This document shows positions 50,519-59,407 of a stretch of 64,000 nucleotides of DNA, piece by piece. The stretch is taken from positions 166 through 64,165 of the forward strand of contig JARRMW010000016.1 in assembly GCA_037385685.1 (NCBI GenBank). Reading direction: 5' to 3'. The DNA comes from Gammaproteobacteria bacterium (GTDB taxonomy: Bacteria > Pseudomonadota > Gammaproteobacteria > Chromatiales > Chromatiaceae). Position 1 is the first letter of the stretch. Each line of letters begins with the position of its first letter. Under the pieces are notes generated by a model. That model ran no database searches. It was not told the origin of the DNA and worked only from the letters and a program-made list of their open reading frames with translations. The position numbers and the translations under genes were made by a program.

Positions 50519-50830
50519 TTATGTTTTTCGTTGTTGATCTTCCCCGAACAACCCTGACAGGTTGTACAGACTCGCCAGTTCGCCGTGCGCGGCCGGCAGG
50601 TTCAGGAAGGTCAGTTCCACGTTTCGCCTGCGCGCATCCTCGAGCCACTGCAGCAGCAGCGCGAGTCCGGCGCTATTGAAGTGTTCGACCGACCCCAGAT
50701 CGATCGAGAGTGCACCATCCTGCTTCAGATGGGGAGCCAGCTGGCGATAGAGGCCCGGCACGCTGTCGAAATTGAGCGTTCCTGCAAGCGACAACTGCGC
50801 ATCACCGGCAGACTGGAGCGTGGCCGGCAT
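50519..50830 (-). CDS. mlaB: STAS-domain protein MlaB
   Basis: 103 aa. LNFDSVPGLYRQ...VEHFNSAGLALLLQW. Last gene of the mla operon. Confidence 0.75.
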   Translation of the reverse strand: MPATLQSAGDAQLSLAGTLNFDSVPGLYRQLAPHLKQDGALSIDLGSVEHFNSAGLALLLQWLEDARRRNVELTFLNLPAAHGELASLYNLSGLFGEDQQRKT

Positions 50831-50833
50831 GTG

Positions 50834-51442
50834 TCAGTTGACCCTGTTCTTCTCTTTGAGCGCCGCAATCAGGCCGCCCATGCCGCCCTTGCGGATCTCG
50901 CTCGCGAACGAGGTGCGGTAGTTTGCGATCAGGCTGATACCGTCGATCTTGACGTCATAGACCTTCCATTTGCTGCCAACCTGGTGCATGCGGTAATCGA
51001 TCGAGACAGGCTGGCCGCTGGCGGGCGTCACCTCACTCGGAACCTCGACACGCTTGCCGTCTTTCGAGCGTTTTGGAGAGCCATACTCGATCGGCTTGCC
51101 GGAGTAGTTCAGTACCGCTGCACCATAGGTGCGGACCAGCAACTTGGTGTACTCCTGCGTGATCATGCTCTGTTCGGATGCCGATGCCCTTGGCCAGTAT
51201 TTACCCATGGCAGACTGTGTCATGGCCTTGAAATCGAAATAGGGGTCGACCAGATCACCAAGAGCGTCAGAAAGTCGCTCCGGATGGGCCCTGAGCTCGT
51301 CGCGACGCGCTGCCGTGCGCGCGAGAATCTTGTCCGACACCTCCTCGGCCAGTGCGCGGATCTCTTCGTCTGCGGCATACGCCTGCCCGACCGGCAGAAC
51401 GAGTGCCAGGCTGATCAGGAACGACGAAATTAGCTGTTTCAT
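50834..51442 (-). CDS. mlaC: Phospholipid-binding periplasmic protein MlaC (Ttg2D family)
   Basis: 202 aa with a signal peptide. DPYFDFKAMTQSAMGKYW motif. Confidence 0.85.
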   Translation of the reverse strand: MKQLISSFLISLALVLPVGQAYAADEEIRALAEEVSDKILARTAARRDELRAHPERLSDALGDLVDPYFDFKAMTQSAMGKYWPRASASEQSMITQEYTKLLVRTYGAAVLNYSGKPIEYGSPKRSKDGKRVEVPSEVTPASGQPVSIDYRMHQVGSKWKVYDVKIDGISLIANYRTSFASEIRKGGMGGLIAALKEKNRVN

Positions 51443-51927
51443 AATCCTTCTCCCTTCGAGGCCTCTTCGGCCTTGCTGAACAGAAACTGGCCAATGACTT
51501 CCTCGAGCACGAGTGCCGACTGGGTCACGGTGATGGCTCCACCCTCCTCGAGATAATCCGGGCTGCCACCGGGATCGAGGCCGATATACTGCTCGCCGAG
51601 CAGTCCGGAGGTGAGGATCTTTGCGAAGGTATCCTCTGGTATCCGGTCATACTGCGGCCGAATCGACATCCGCACGACAGCCTCGAATGTCTCACTGTCG
51701 AAGGCAATCGTTTGCACCTGGCCGATACGCACGCCGGCCATCGTTACGGGCGCGCGCACCTTGAGTCCGCCGATGTTGTCAAAGCGCGCGGATATGGAAT
51801 AGCCATCCGCCCCGTTATCGACCGACGAGAAATTGCTCGCTTTCATCGCGAGAAAAAAGAGCGCGGCTGCGCCTGCGAGCATCAGCAGGCCAACCATGAA
51901 CTCGATGCCGAGTGAACCTTTCTTCAT
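51439..51927 (-). CDS. mlaD: MCE-domain protein MlaD
   Basis: 162 aa. N-terminal TM plus MCE domain (ARFDNIGGLKVRAPVTMAGVRIGQV). Confidence 0.88.
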   Translation of the reverse strand: MKKGSLGIEFMVGLLMLAGAAALFFLAMKASNFSSVDNGADGYSISARFDNIGGLKVRAPVTMAGVRIGQVQTIAFDSETFEAVVRMSIRPQYDRIPEDTFAKILTSGLLGEQYIGLDPGGSPDYLEEGGAITVTQSALVLEEVIGQFLFSKAEEASKGEGL

Positions 51928-52706
51928 TAATCATCCCCGAACATGAGGGCTGTCATGACGAAATCCAGCCCCAGTACGGCCAGTGCGGAGTGCACCACGG
52001 TACGCGTGGTCGCGCGACTGACCCCTTCCGATGTTGGCGTCGCATCGTATCCCTGGAAGAGCGCGATCCAGGTACATGCGACACCGAACACGAACGACTT
52101 GATGATGCCGTTGACGACATCATGCCTGAAATCGACCCGTGCCTCGATCTGCGACCAGAAGGTCCCGATATCGCCCCCCATGAGCCCGACCGAGACAAAA
52201 TAACCACCATAAATACCCACGGCGCTGAATACCAGCGCCAGCAACGGCATGCTGATGATGCCGGCAAAGAAGCGGGGTACGAGCACGCGGCGCACGGGAT
52301 TCACGGCCATCATCTCAAGACCCGAGAGCTGCTCGGTCGCCTTCATGAGACCGATCTCGGCCGTCAGTGCCGAACCGGCGCGGCCAGCGAACAGCAGCGC
52401 CGTGACAACCGGTCCGAGTTCCCGCACCAGCGAGGTTGCGACAAGCACGCCGAGCATGGCATCTGCCGCAAAACGCGACAGGATGTAATAACCCTGCAAT
52501 CCGAGCACCATACCAACGAAGAGCCCAGAGACCGCGATGATCAGCAGGGAGAGCACCCCGACGGCATAGAGCTGCGCCGTGAGTTCACGCGGATGCACAA
52601 AAATATCGACGATATGCAGCAGCATGCGCACAAACAGGTCGCCGGCGCGGCCCAGCCCCCTGAGAAAGTCGATACCACGGCGCCCAAGCGCCTGGATAGC
52701 CTTCAT
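51927..52706 (-). CDS. mlaE: Mla ABC transporter permease MlaE
   Basis: 259 aa. [32 protein letters not shown] signature. Confidence 0.9.
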   Translation of the reverse strand: MKAIQALGRRGIDFLRGLGRAGDLFVRMLLHIVDIFVHPRELTAQLYAVGVLSLLIIAVSGLFVGMVLGLQGYYILSRFAADAMLGVLVATSLVRELGPVVTALLFAGRAGSALTAEIGLMKATEQLSGLEMMAVNPVRRVLVPRFFAGIISMPLLALVFSAVGIYGGYFVSVGLMGGDIGTFWSQIEARVDFRHDVVNGIIKSFVFGVACTWIALFQGYDATPTSEGVSRATTRTVVHSALAVLGLDFVMTALMFGDD

Positions 52707-53515
52707 TCCGCCTCCCCGAGGAAGTCGCTGGCGAGCGAGGGGGCAGGCAGGTGGAATGGGACAGGGCCATCCGACTCGCCGTGCATGAACTGGCGCGTCC
52801 AGGCCTTCTGCGACTGCATGAGCGCATCCGGGGTGCCCTGCTCGACAACCTGGCCCTCGGAAATCACGAAGATGCGATCCGCGATCGATGCCGTCTCCGG
52901 TACATCATGTGACACGACGATGGAGGTAAGGTCGACTGCATCATTCAGACGCTTGATCAGGGAAACAATGACGCCCATGGAAATCGGGTCCTGGCCGCTG
53001 AATGGCTCGTCGTACATGATCATCATCGGGTCGAGCGCGATCGCGCGCGCCAGCGCGACACGCCTTGCCATGCCTCCCGAGAGTTCCGATGGCATGAGTT
53101 CACGCACACCGCGCAAACCGACAGCCTCGAGTTTCATGAGCACAAGCTTGCGAATCATGGATTCCGTCAGCTTCGTGTGCTCCCGCAGCGGAAATGCGAC
53201 ATTTTCGTAGACATTGAGGTCGGTCAGTAGCGCGCCGCTCTGGAAGAGCATGCCAATGCGCGTGCGCAAGCGGTAGAGAGCCCTCGTACCCAGCTTGTGC
53301 ACGTTCATGCCGTCAACCTCGACGGTGCCGGCCTCGGGCCTGAGCTGGCCACTGATCAGCTTCAGAAGCGTCGTCTTGCCAGTACCGCTGGGACCCATGA
53401 TCGCCGTGATTTCGCCGCGCGGAATATCCATGTCGATGCCATCGAAAATCATGCGGTTGCCGCGAGAGAAACGCAGACCGCGGATCCGGACAAGGGTGTC
53501 GGTTGTTGTTGCCAT
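52703..53515 (-). CDS. mlaF: Mla ABC transporter ATP-binding protein MlaF
   Basis: 270 aa. Walker [24 protein letters not shown], Walker B MMIMYDEP. Confidence 0.9.
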   Translation of the reverse strand: MATTTDTLVRIRGLRFSRGNRMIFDGIDMDIPRGEITAIMGPSGTGKTTLLKLISGQLRPEAGTVEVDGMNVHKLGTRALYRLRTRIGMLFQSGALLTDLNVYENVAFPLREHTKLTESMIRKLVLMKLEAVGLRGVRELMPSELSGGMARRVALARAIALDPMMIMYDEPFSGQDPISMGVIVSLIKRLNDAVDLTSIVVSHDVPETASIADRIFVISEGQVVEQGTPDALMQSQKAWTRQFMHGESDGPVPFHLPAPSLASDFLGEAE

Positions 53516-53559
53516 GGCGCGATTTTACAGGCTTTGCAAACCCGTAGCAGAGATAATCT

Positions 53560-53588
53560 GTTGACGGACGCATGACGATGTAATGTGA
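53560..53588 (+). promoter_or_regulatory. Candidate sigma70 promoter for the EndoU-like operon
   Basis: TTGACG-17 nt-TGTGAT, about 45 nt upstream of the start. Eye match only. Confidence 0.3.
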
Positions 53589-53631
53589 TGCACTTTCCTT
53601 ACAACCATGAGGCAAGACCCTGTCTCCCCAG

Positions 53632-54126
53632 ATGATGCTGCCACGATTCGCCCTGAACATCCTGATACTGCTGTTCCTCTCTGTGCAGGGCACGCTTGCC
53701 GCCGAAACGCTCTGGACAAAGAGCCATCCGTCCGTCAATGCGACCCATATCTTCCAGGGAGAAATCAACCGGCACGGCAAGCCGACAGGTTTTCATGCAA
53801 AACTGAATGGCCAGACGCCGCGGAATATCCGCCTCCTGCAAATCAAGGGCGAGCCAAACCGCGCTGGCGTCTACACGGCACAAATCGCGATTCGGGATCC
53901 GGACACGGGCAAGTGGAAACAGAAGTTTTCAAGCATCTTCCCGGACAGTATGCCTCCTGCCGAAGTCATCGACGCCATCCTGCATGCCTATGAGAACCGC
54001 GAAAAGGGTCGCAGCCGCCCATGGCGTGGCCCATCGGGCCATGGTTTTCCGATCGAGGGCTACCTGCTCGACAATGGCCGCATCAATACCGCCTACCCGA
54101 TCTACGTCAGAGACAGAGTGCGATGA
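53632..54126 (+). CDS. Secreted EndoU-like ribonuclease domain protein (bacterial EndoU nuclease family, tentative)
   Basis: 164 aa. Signal peptide MMLPRFALNILILLFLSVQGTLA. THIFQGEINRHGKPTGFH (H-x3-GE-x5-G-x3-G-x-H), KFSSIFPDSMPPAEVIDAILHAY and GRINTAYPIY match my recollection of the PF14436 pattern. Confidence 0.6.
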   Translation: MMLPRFALNILILLFLSVQGTLAAETLWTKSHPSVNATHIFQGEINRHGKPTGFHAKLNGQTPRNIRLLQIKGEPNRAGVYTAQIAIRDPDTGKWKQKFSSIFPDSMPPAEVIDAILHAYENREKGRSRPWRGPSGHGFPIEGYLLDNGRINTAYPIYVRDRVR

Positions 54127-54443
54127 ATGAAATCAGTTTTTACCGCGACGACGAGGGTTCGCCGCGAGCAGAGTCAAAGACGCCTGCCCTGGACAGCCTG
54201 GCGCAGTTTCTCGAGTCCGACATCCAGGATGACAGAAGCACCTGCATCGATCTGCTTGGCGAGCTCATGAGCATGAGCAAGGGTGCCAGTCCCTTCGAAT
54301 TCATCGGCAACAGCTGGATCCTGAGCTACAGTGAGGAGTTCGCGGCTCTCGCCAGCCACGCCGATGATGATGCAGATGCCATCCCGCTGCAGCCGGAGAC
54401 GATAAAAGAGGCCGTCAGGGAGTGGCTGGAGTTCATCAGCTGA
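54123..54443 (+). CDS. Acidic cytoplasmic protein, YacL/UPF0231-like (tentative); candidate cognate partner of the EndoU-like protein
   Basis: 106 aa. Start MNEISFYRDDEGSPRAES overlaps the upstream stop (ATGA). Layout resembles E. coli YacL (M-x-YEF-x-RD-x-x-G ... acidic stretch ... W-x-x-F end). No signal peptide. Confidence 0.55.
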   Translation: MNEISFYRDDEGSPRAESKTPALDSLAQFLESDIQDDRSTCIDLLGELMSMSKGASPFEFIGNSWILSYSEEFAALASHADDDADAIPLQPETIKEAVREWLEFIS

Positions 54444-54444
54444 G

Positions 54445-54954
54445 ATGGGACGTTACCGACCGCCGGCACCAAAAAAATCTCCCTATATCACCGCACGCGG
54501 TATGGAACGCCTGCGCCACGAGGAGAAAGCGCTCTGGCTGCGGCGGCGCGATGTCACAAAAGCACTCTCTGCGGCCGCCGCCGAGGGTGATCGTTCCGAG
54601 AACGCAGAATACATCTATCGAAAGAAAGAGTTGCGCGAAATCGACCGCCGCATCCGCTACCTGCAGAAACGCCTGCCCGACCTGAAGGTTGTCACCGGCC
54701 TCCCGGACAATCCGGAACAGGTCTTTTTTGGCGCCTGGGTCACGATCGAGGATAGTCAAGGCGAGGAACGGACCTACCGCATCGTCGGACCTGATGAATT
54801 CGACGAGGTGCCCGAATACATCAGCATGGATTCACCGGTTGCACGCTCTCTCATGAAGCGCCATCTCGATGACGAGGTGCGCCTCGAAACGCCCGGCGGT
54901 GATCGCACTGTCTGGATCACGGAGATTCGCTACGAAGAGAGCAGCGCGACCTGA
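54445..54954 (+). CDS. greB: Transcription elongation factor GreB
   Basis: 169 aa. ITARGMERLRHEEKALW...GDRSENAEYIYRKKELREIDRRIRYL. The start lies 1 nt after the preceding stop. Confidence 0.88.
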   Translation: MGRYRPPAPKKSPYITARGMERLRHEEKALWLRRRDVTKALSAAAAEGDRSENAEYIYRKKELREIDRRIRYLQKRLPDLKVVTGLPDNPEQVFFGAWVTIEDSQGEERTYRIVGPDEFDEVPEYISMDSPVARSLMKRHLDDEVRLETPGGDRTVWITEIRYEESSAT

Positions 54955-55298
54955 AAACGGACCCGTCTCCAGGGATTTTCCTCTTCGAGGAGACGGACGA
55001 TCTCTGCATCCAGTTTCTCGCCACGGTCCAGCATCTGCGCCAGGATGGCATTGTCGCACTTTGGCACGTAGCCAAGCTTGTCGTTGCGAAAGTAAATAGC
55101 CACAGCATTGCGGTCGTACTGATTGACCGACTCGCGTACCAGGTTCAGTTTCTCTCCCTCGCGCAGGAAAGGCCAGATCGCGGCCCCGCGGTGATGCTGG
55201 AAGCCCGCAACAGGCGACTCCTGCAACAGGACAGGGTCACGTGACTGCCTGAGGTTGCGAAAGAAAAGACCGGGTTTGCCAAAACGTTTCTGTTTCAT
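54930..55298 (-). CDS. Stand-alone HIRAN domain protein
   Basis: Start MKQKRFGKP with a GGAGG RBS. VAGFQHHRG...LNLVRESVNQYDRNAVAIYFRNDKLGYVPK fits HIRAN. The 3' end overlaps the convergent greB by 25 nt. Confidence 0.7.
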   Translation of the reverse strand: MKQKRFGKPGLFFRNLRQSRDPVLLQESPVAGFQHHRGAAIWPFLREGEKLNLVRESVNQYDRNAVAIYFRNDKLGYVPKCDNAILAQMLDRGEKLDAEIVRLLEEENPWRRVRFQVALLSS

Positions 55299-55401
55299 CG
55301 GGACCTCCATCGGATAGTGATGGAAAGTCTAGAAAGGAAAGTGGCTCAAAGCGTGAGCCCGGCGCAATTCGGTATTGCGATTCCGCCCGCAGTTCAGCTG
55401 A

Positions 55402-55890
55402 TTACCAGAGGCTGACCCCGGCCTTCTGCTGATCGAGCAGCTCTTTCTGAAATTCCGGCGGCCCGAATCCATACACCTGCTGCTCTTTCTGGAACACGCC
55501 GTTCTCCACGATTTGCTCGGTGTAGACAAAAGGACGTCCGTTCTGCTTTGAAAACTGTTTCAGCCAGTCAAGGGCACGTGGCGGGATGCGCTTGCCGACA
55601 GGCACTGCCAGGTCGACAGGCAGGTTGTGCCACTGGAACTTGTTGAAAAGCACGATGACTTTCGCGTTTTCAGGCTGCATCCACTCTGGCAGCGGGCTGT
55701 TTTCAACGATCCAGCCGCACTGGAAAAAGTGGCATGGATCCTCCGGGCGATTGTCATAATCGTCGCAACCGCTGCCTGTGCTGTGCGGACAAGGATGCCC
55801 CGGGTAGACCTCGACGCCGTTGATGACCATCTGTACCCAGCCATCACAGCAAGCCGTACACGGCTGACACTGCCTCTTTTTCTTGCCCAT
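55402..55890 (-). CDS. YkgJ/UPF0153-type CxxCxxCC cysteine-cluster protein
   Basis: Start MGKKKRQCQPCTACCDG gives an exact CxxCxxCC motif, with additional Cys/His residues (HPCPH, GSGCDDY, CHFFQC). Confidence 0.6.
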   Translation of the reverse strand: MGKKKRQCQPCTACCDGWVQMVINGVEVYPGHPCPHSTGSGCDDYDNRPEDPCHFFQCGWIVENSPLPEWMQPENAKVIVLFNKFQWHNLPVDLAVPVGKRIPPRALDWLKQFSKQNGRPFVYTEQIVENGVFQKEQQVYGFGPPEFQKELLDQQKAGVSLW

Positions 55891-56063
55891 CAAGATACCC
55901 GGTTGTCTGAATGAAGGCCCGAAAATAGGACAGTTCGCTGATGAGCGCAAGCGATCAGCAGCAAGAAGCGCCGGAGAATCATCCGGGATGCCCCGGCAAT
56001 GACAAAGAGAGATTACTCTGGTTCAGCAAGTCACGGCGCGCGCTGTGTGAAACAGGCCGGCAC

Positions 56064-56561
56064 TCAGCGCATCAGGAGTTTCGGCTTGACCAGCCAGGCC
56101 AGCCTGCCGCGCCCGCGACGCACCTTCTCCCAGCGGTCAGTATCGAAGTTGATCCGCGCCATGGCCGCCGTCGGGAAACGGATCTCACCCCCTCCAATGA
56201 GTTCACTGATCAGTTCCGACCAGGTCGGTTCATGGCCGACAAGCATCAGAGAGGAGAGTTTGTCGGGCGCATTCCTGATCTCCTCAATGACACTCCCGGT
56301 TTCCGGGAGATAGAGGCTGTCTCGAAAGTCGATGGGAATAATCCAGCCACCGGCTTTGGCTGCAAGCTGCACTGTCGTCACGGCTCGGACCGCGGTTGAA
56401 CAGAGTACCTGATCAGGCACCTCGCCAGCAGACATGAGGAACTTGCCCATCACGCGCGCCGCCTCAACTCCGCGCCTGGCGAGTGGTCGCGCATGATCGC
56501 TGGCGGCACCCGAGTCCCAGTCGGACTTGGCGTGGCGGAAAAGAATCAGTTTTTTCGCCAT
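56064..56561 (-). CDS. sixA: Phosphohistidine phosphatase SixA (histidine phosphatase superfamily)
   Basis: 165 aa. LILFRHAKSDW (RH catalytic motif), RPLARRG and LMLVGHEP. Confidence 0.7.
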   Translation of the reverse strand: MAKKLILFRHAKSDWDSGAASDHARPLARRGVEAARVMGKFLMSAGEVPDQVLCSTAVRAVTTVQLAAKAGGWIIPIDFRDSLYLPETGSVIEEIRNAPDKLSSLMLVGHEPTWSELISELIGGGEIRFPTAAMARINFDTDRWEKVRRGRGRLAWLVKPKLLMR

Positions 56562-56636
56562 GTCTCTCTCCAGCGGCGCATCAGGCAGAAACCGGCCCGT
56601 TGCAGGGCCGGCTTGAGACTCTGGTCAGACGCGTGA

Positions 56637-57416
56637 TTACTCAGCGAACAGATCGTTGAAGAAAGCCTGCATGCGCTCCCATGAAACGGTATCAGCCCGT
56701 TCATCATATTTGAGATTGTCGATGCCGAAGCTGGCCGCATCCTTGTTCGTGAATCCGTGGCGTACATCACCACCGAAAATGACGAGCTCCCAGTCGGCAC
56801 CCGCCTCCTGCAACTTGTTCTGCCAGTTGGTGACGACTTCCGGCGCCATAAAGGTGTCGGCCGCGCCGTGGAACGCGAGGATCCTGTTGCTGATCTTGCC
56901 TTTGGACTCTTCGGGAGCTGCAGGCATGGAGCCATGAAAGCTCACGACGCCCAGCGCATCGGTTCCGGCATAGGACATCTGGAAGACCGTTGCGCCACCG
57001 AAGCAGTAGCCGATCGCGGCGAGGCGATCTGAGTCAACCATGCCACTCTTCCGGAGTTGCTCGAGGCCAAGGGCCGCTCGCTCGCGCCATGCATCGACAT
57101 CCGTCGTGATCTCCTGCATCCACTCTTTCGCCTGCCCCGGTTTGTCGGTCACCTTGTCGTCACCGTACATATCGGCCGCGAAAGCGACATAACCCAGCTC
57201 CGCGAGCATCTGAGCGCGCTTCTTCGCGTAATCATTGAGCCCCCACCACTCGTGCACAACCATGACGCCGGGGCGCTTTCCCTCTATGGCATCGTCCCAG
57301 TAGAGATGGCCTGTCAGTTTCGCGCCGTCATGCTCGTAAGTGATGGCTTTTGTCTGGATCTCCGCCACAGCGGGGATTGCAAGCAACATTAGTGCAGCAA
57401 AAAGGATTCGTTTCAT
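56637..57416 (-). CDS. Dienelactone hydrolase family protein, secreted
   Basis: Start MKRILFAALMLLAIPAVA (signal peptide). VVHEWWGLNDY, IGYCFGG nucleophile elbow and VRHGF. Confidence 0.8.
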   Translation of the reverse strand: MKRILFAALMLLAIPAVAEIQTKAITYEHDGAKLTGHLYWDDAIEGKRPGVMVVHEWWGLNDYAKKRAQMLAELGYVAFAADMYGDDKVTDKPGQAKEWMQEITTDVDAWRERAALGLEQLRKSGMVDSDRLAAIGYCFGGATVFQMSYAGTDALGVVSFHGSMPAAPEESKGKISNRILAFHGAADTFMAPEVVTNWQNKLQEAGADWELVIFGGDVRHGFTNKDAASFGIDNLKYDERADTVSWERMQAFFNDLFAE

Positions 57417-57421
57417 GTCAA

Positions 57422-58051
57422 TCATGCTCCTTCGGTAATGTCCTGCCATGCAGGATGGCTGTTGATGTTCTTCAGCGCCTGTTGAAGCAGGCTGACGCCC
57501 GGCTCTGTACGGTGCCAGGTCGAGACGCCTGACGGATGAGGCAACGGCACCAGGTCGACCGAGCGTGCATGCAAGTCTAGACGATGCGTCTGCCCTATAA
57601 CATCGGTAAGTTTACGGACATCGAGGAACTGCGCGATTGCAAGCTTCCCCACGGGAATGATCAGCTGTGGCCGTAAAAGCCTGATTTCACGCTCCAGCCA
57701 TGGACGGCAAGCGGCGATCTCGTCTTTTGACGGAACCCGGTCGCCTCCTTTCGGACTCTTGCCCGGAAAGCAACGACAGACTGCGGCCATGTACACACGC
57801 GAACGGAACTGCTCCTCTTCGAGGCCGATGGAGGAGAACCACCTGAAGAGGGTTTTCCCGGCAGTCCAGGCAAAGGGTTTTCCGGCCGGACCCTCGCGAT
57901 CACCGGGCGCCTGCCCGACAAGCAGGATCTTTGACGCGACCGGTCGCCCCGTGACAACAGGCCGAATCATCTGTTCGCAGCGGCGGCATTGATGCAGCTC
58001 CTGTTGATGCTGCACAATGGCATCAATCATCGTAATTTCGGAAGACGTCAT
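57422..58051 (-). CDS. Uracil-DNA glycosylase superfamily protein (family 4/5-like, Cys-containing)
   Basis: Start MTSSEITMIDAIV. CRRCEQM, LLVGQAPGDREGPAGKPF, VCRCFPG and LPHPSG motifs. The longer track ORF is an extension. Confidence 0.7.
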   Translation of the reverse strand: MTSSEITMIDAIVQHQQELHQCRRCEQMIRPVVTGRPVASKILLVGQAPGDREGPAGKPFAWTAGKTLFRWFSSIGLEEEQFRSRVYMAAVCRCFPGKSPKGGDRVPSKDEIAACRPWLEREIRLLRPQLIIPVGKLAIAQFLDVRKLTDVIGQTHRLDLHARSVDLVPLPHPSGVSTWHRTEPGVSLLQQALKNINSHPAWQDITEGA

Positions 58052-58256
58052 GGAATTCCTGGTCGGCCTCAGCGCGGCGACGATCGCCATTGCAGCCTTT
58101 ATCTGGTTTTTGCCCATTCTACTGATCGCACGCTCGAAAAAAACCAGTGGAGGCGAGAAGCTCGTCTGGATTCTGCTGGTCATCTTTTTCAGCTGGTTTC
58201 TATGGATCCTCTATGCGCTTGTTGCCCCGCTATCACCACAGGAGAGCCAGTCATGA
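58050..58256 (+). CDS. Small two-TM membrane protein (PLD-N-terminal-like, tentative)
   Basis: MEFLVGLSAATIAIAAFIWFLPILLIARSKKTSGGEKLVWILLVIFFSWFLWILYALVAP. The stop overlaps the next start (ATGA). Confidence 0.5.
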   Translation: MEFLVGLSAATIAIAAFIWFLPILLIARSKKTSGGEKLVWILLVIFFSWFLWILYALVAPLSPQESQS

Positions 58257-59242
58257 GAGCCGTCATGGTCACTGCCAAAGGGGATCCATCCGTGCTCGAT
58301 GCACGCAGCATTGACGCGCCCGAAATCAGCGGGGATAACCAGGTTCTCGTGAAGATCGCAGCAGCCGGCGTGAACCCCATCGACACCAAGGTGCGTGCCG
58401 GCAATCTCTTCGGCGCGGAGCTCCCCTTCATCCCGGGCTGTGATGCCTGCGGAACCGTCGTTGAAACCGGCACTGCCGTGAAGAATGTCAAGCCCGGTGA
58501 CATGGTGTGGTACTGCCACGGCGGCCTTGGGCTCGCGCAGGGCAACTATGCCGAGTACAACGTGCTCGAAGAGTGGCAATTGGCACGCAAACCGGCAAGC
58601 ATCGACGAGATACAGGCAGCAGCCTCACCGCTCGTTTTGATCACGGCATGGGAATCGCTTTTCACCCAGGCCAGATTGCAAGCGGGTGAAACTGTGCTGA
58701 TCCATGCCGGAGCAGGCGGCGTCGGCCATGTCGCCATCCAGCTCGCGAAATGGCGTGGCGCCAGGGTCATCACGACCGTCAGCTCTGCAGAAAAAGCCGC
58801 AATGGCCCGTGAGCTCGGTGCGGACGAGACCATTGACTACAGGAATGAAAACCTTGCGGAACGTCTCTCCGAACTGACCGGAGGAAAGGGCGCCGATGTC
58901 GTTTACGATACCGTCGGACCAGCTGTTTTTCAGGAGTCGATACCCTTGACGGCCCATTACGGGCGCCTTGTGACACTGATCAACCCGGTCGGTATAGACT
59001 GGACGGAAGCGCGCATCCGCAATCTCGCCGTGCATTTCACGCTGATGCTCGCACCATGGGTACGCAACCTCAGGGAGCACTGGCTGCGTCAGAGCGATAT
59101 CCTGAGGCAGTGCGGTGAACTTTTCGACAGTGGCGGGCTGGAAGTCCGTGTACAGGCGACATTGCCGCTGGAACAGGCTGCAGAAGCGCATCGCATTATC
59201 GAGGAAGGCCATACAAGCGGCAAGCTCGTGCTGACCATCTGA
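58253..59242 (+). CDS. Zinc-binding alcohol dehydrogenase / NADPH:quinone oxidoreductase family protein
   Basis: Start MRAVMVTAKGDPSVL with a GGAGAG RBS. LIHAGAGGVGHVAIQLAK Rossmann motif. The track ORF from 57989 is an extension. Confidence 0.8.
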   Translation: MRAVMVTAKGDPSVLDARSIDAPEISGDNQVLVKIAAAGVNPIDTKVRAGNLFGAELPFIPGCDACGTVVETGTAVKNVKPGDMVWYCHGGLGLAQGNYAEYNVLEEWQLARKPASIDEIQAAASPLVLITAWESLFTQARLQAGETVLIHAGAGGVGHVAIQLAKWRGARVITTVSSAEKAAMARELGADETIDYRNENLAERLSELTGGKGADVVYDTVGPAVFQESIPLTAHYGRLVTLINPVGIDWTEARIRNLAVHFTLMLAPWVRNLREHWLRQSDILRQCGELFDSGGLEVRVQATLPLEQAAEAHRIIEEGHTSGKLVLTI

Positions 59243-59407
59243 GCCACCAGAGAATGAAGGCCTGCCCGGGCGAACGACCGGGCAACTGGACCCTGGATAA
59301 AAGGATCCTTCAGGATCAGTACAAACCAGGCGGAGTCGTGACAATCTGGCAAGAAGCCATGTTGGAAACGTCCCTGAATCCGACATTTATCCGTGATGGA
59401 GGACATC

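Noticed and set aside
51912-53210. 432-aa plus-strand ORF
   Set aside because: Antisense to mlaE and mlaF, both supported by ABC transporter motifs.
57989-58252. N-terminal extension of the quinone oxidoreductase ORF
   Set aside because: Homology begins at MRAVMVTAKG with its own RBS. The extension overlaps the UDG gene and the small membrane ORF.
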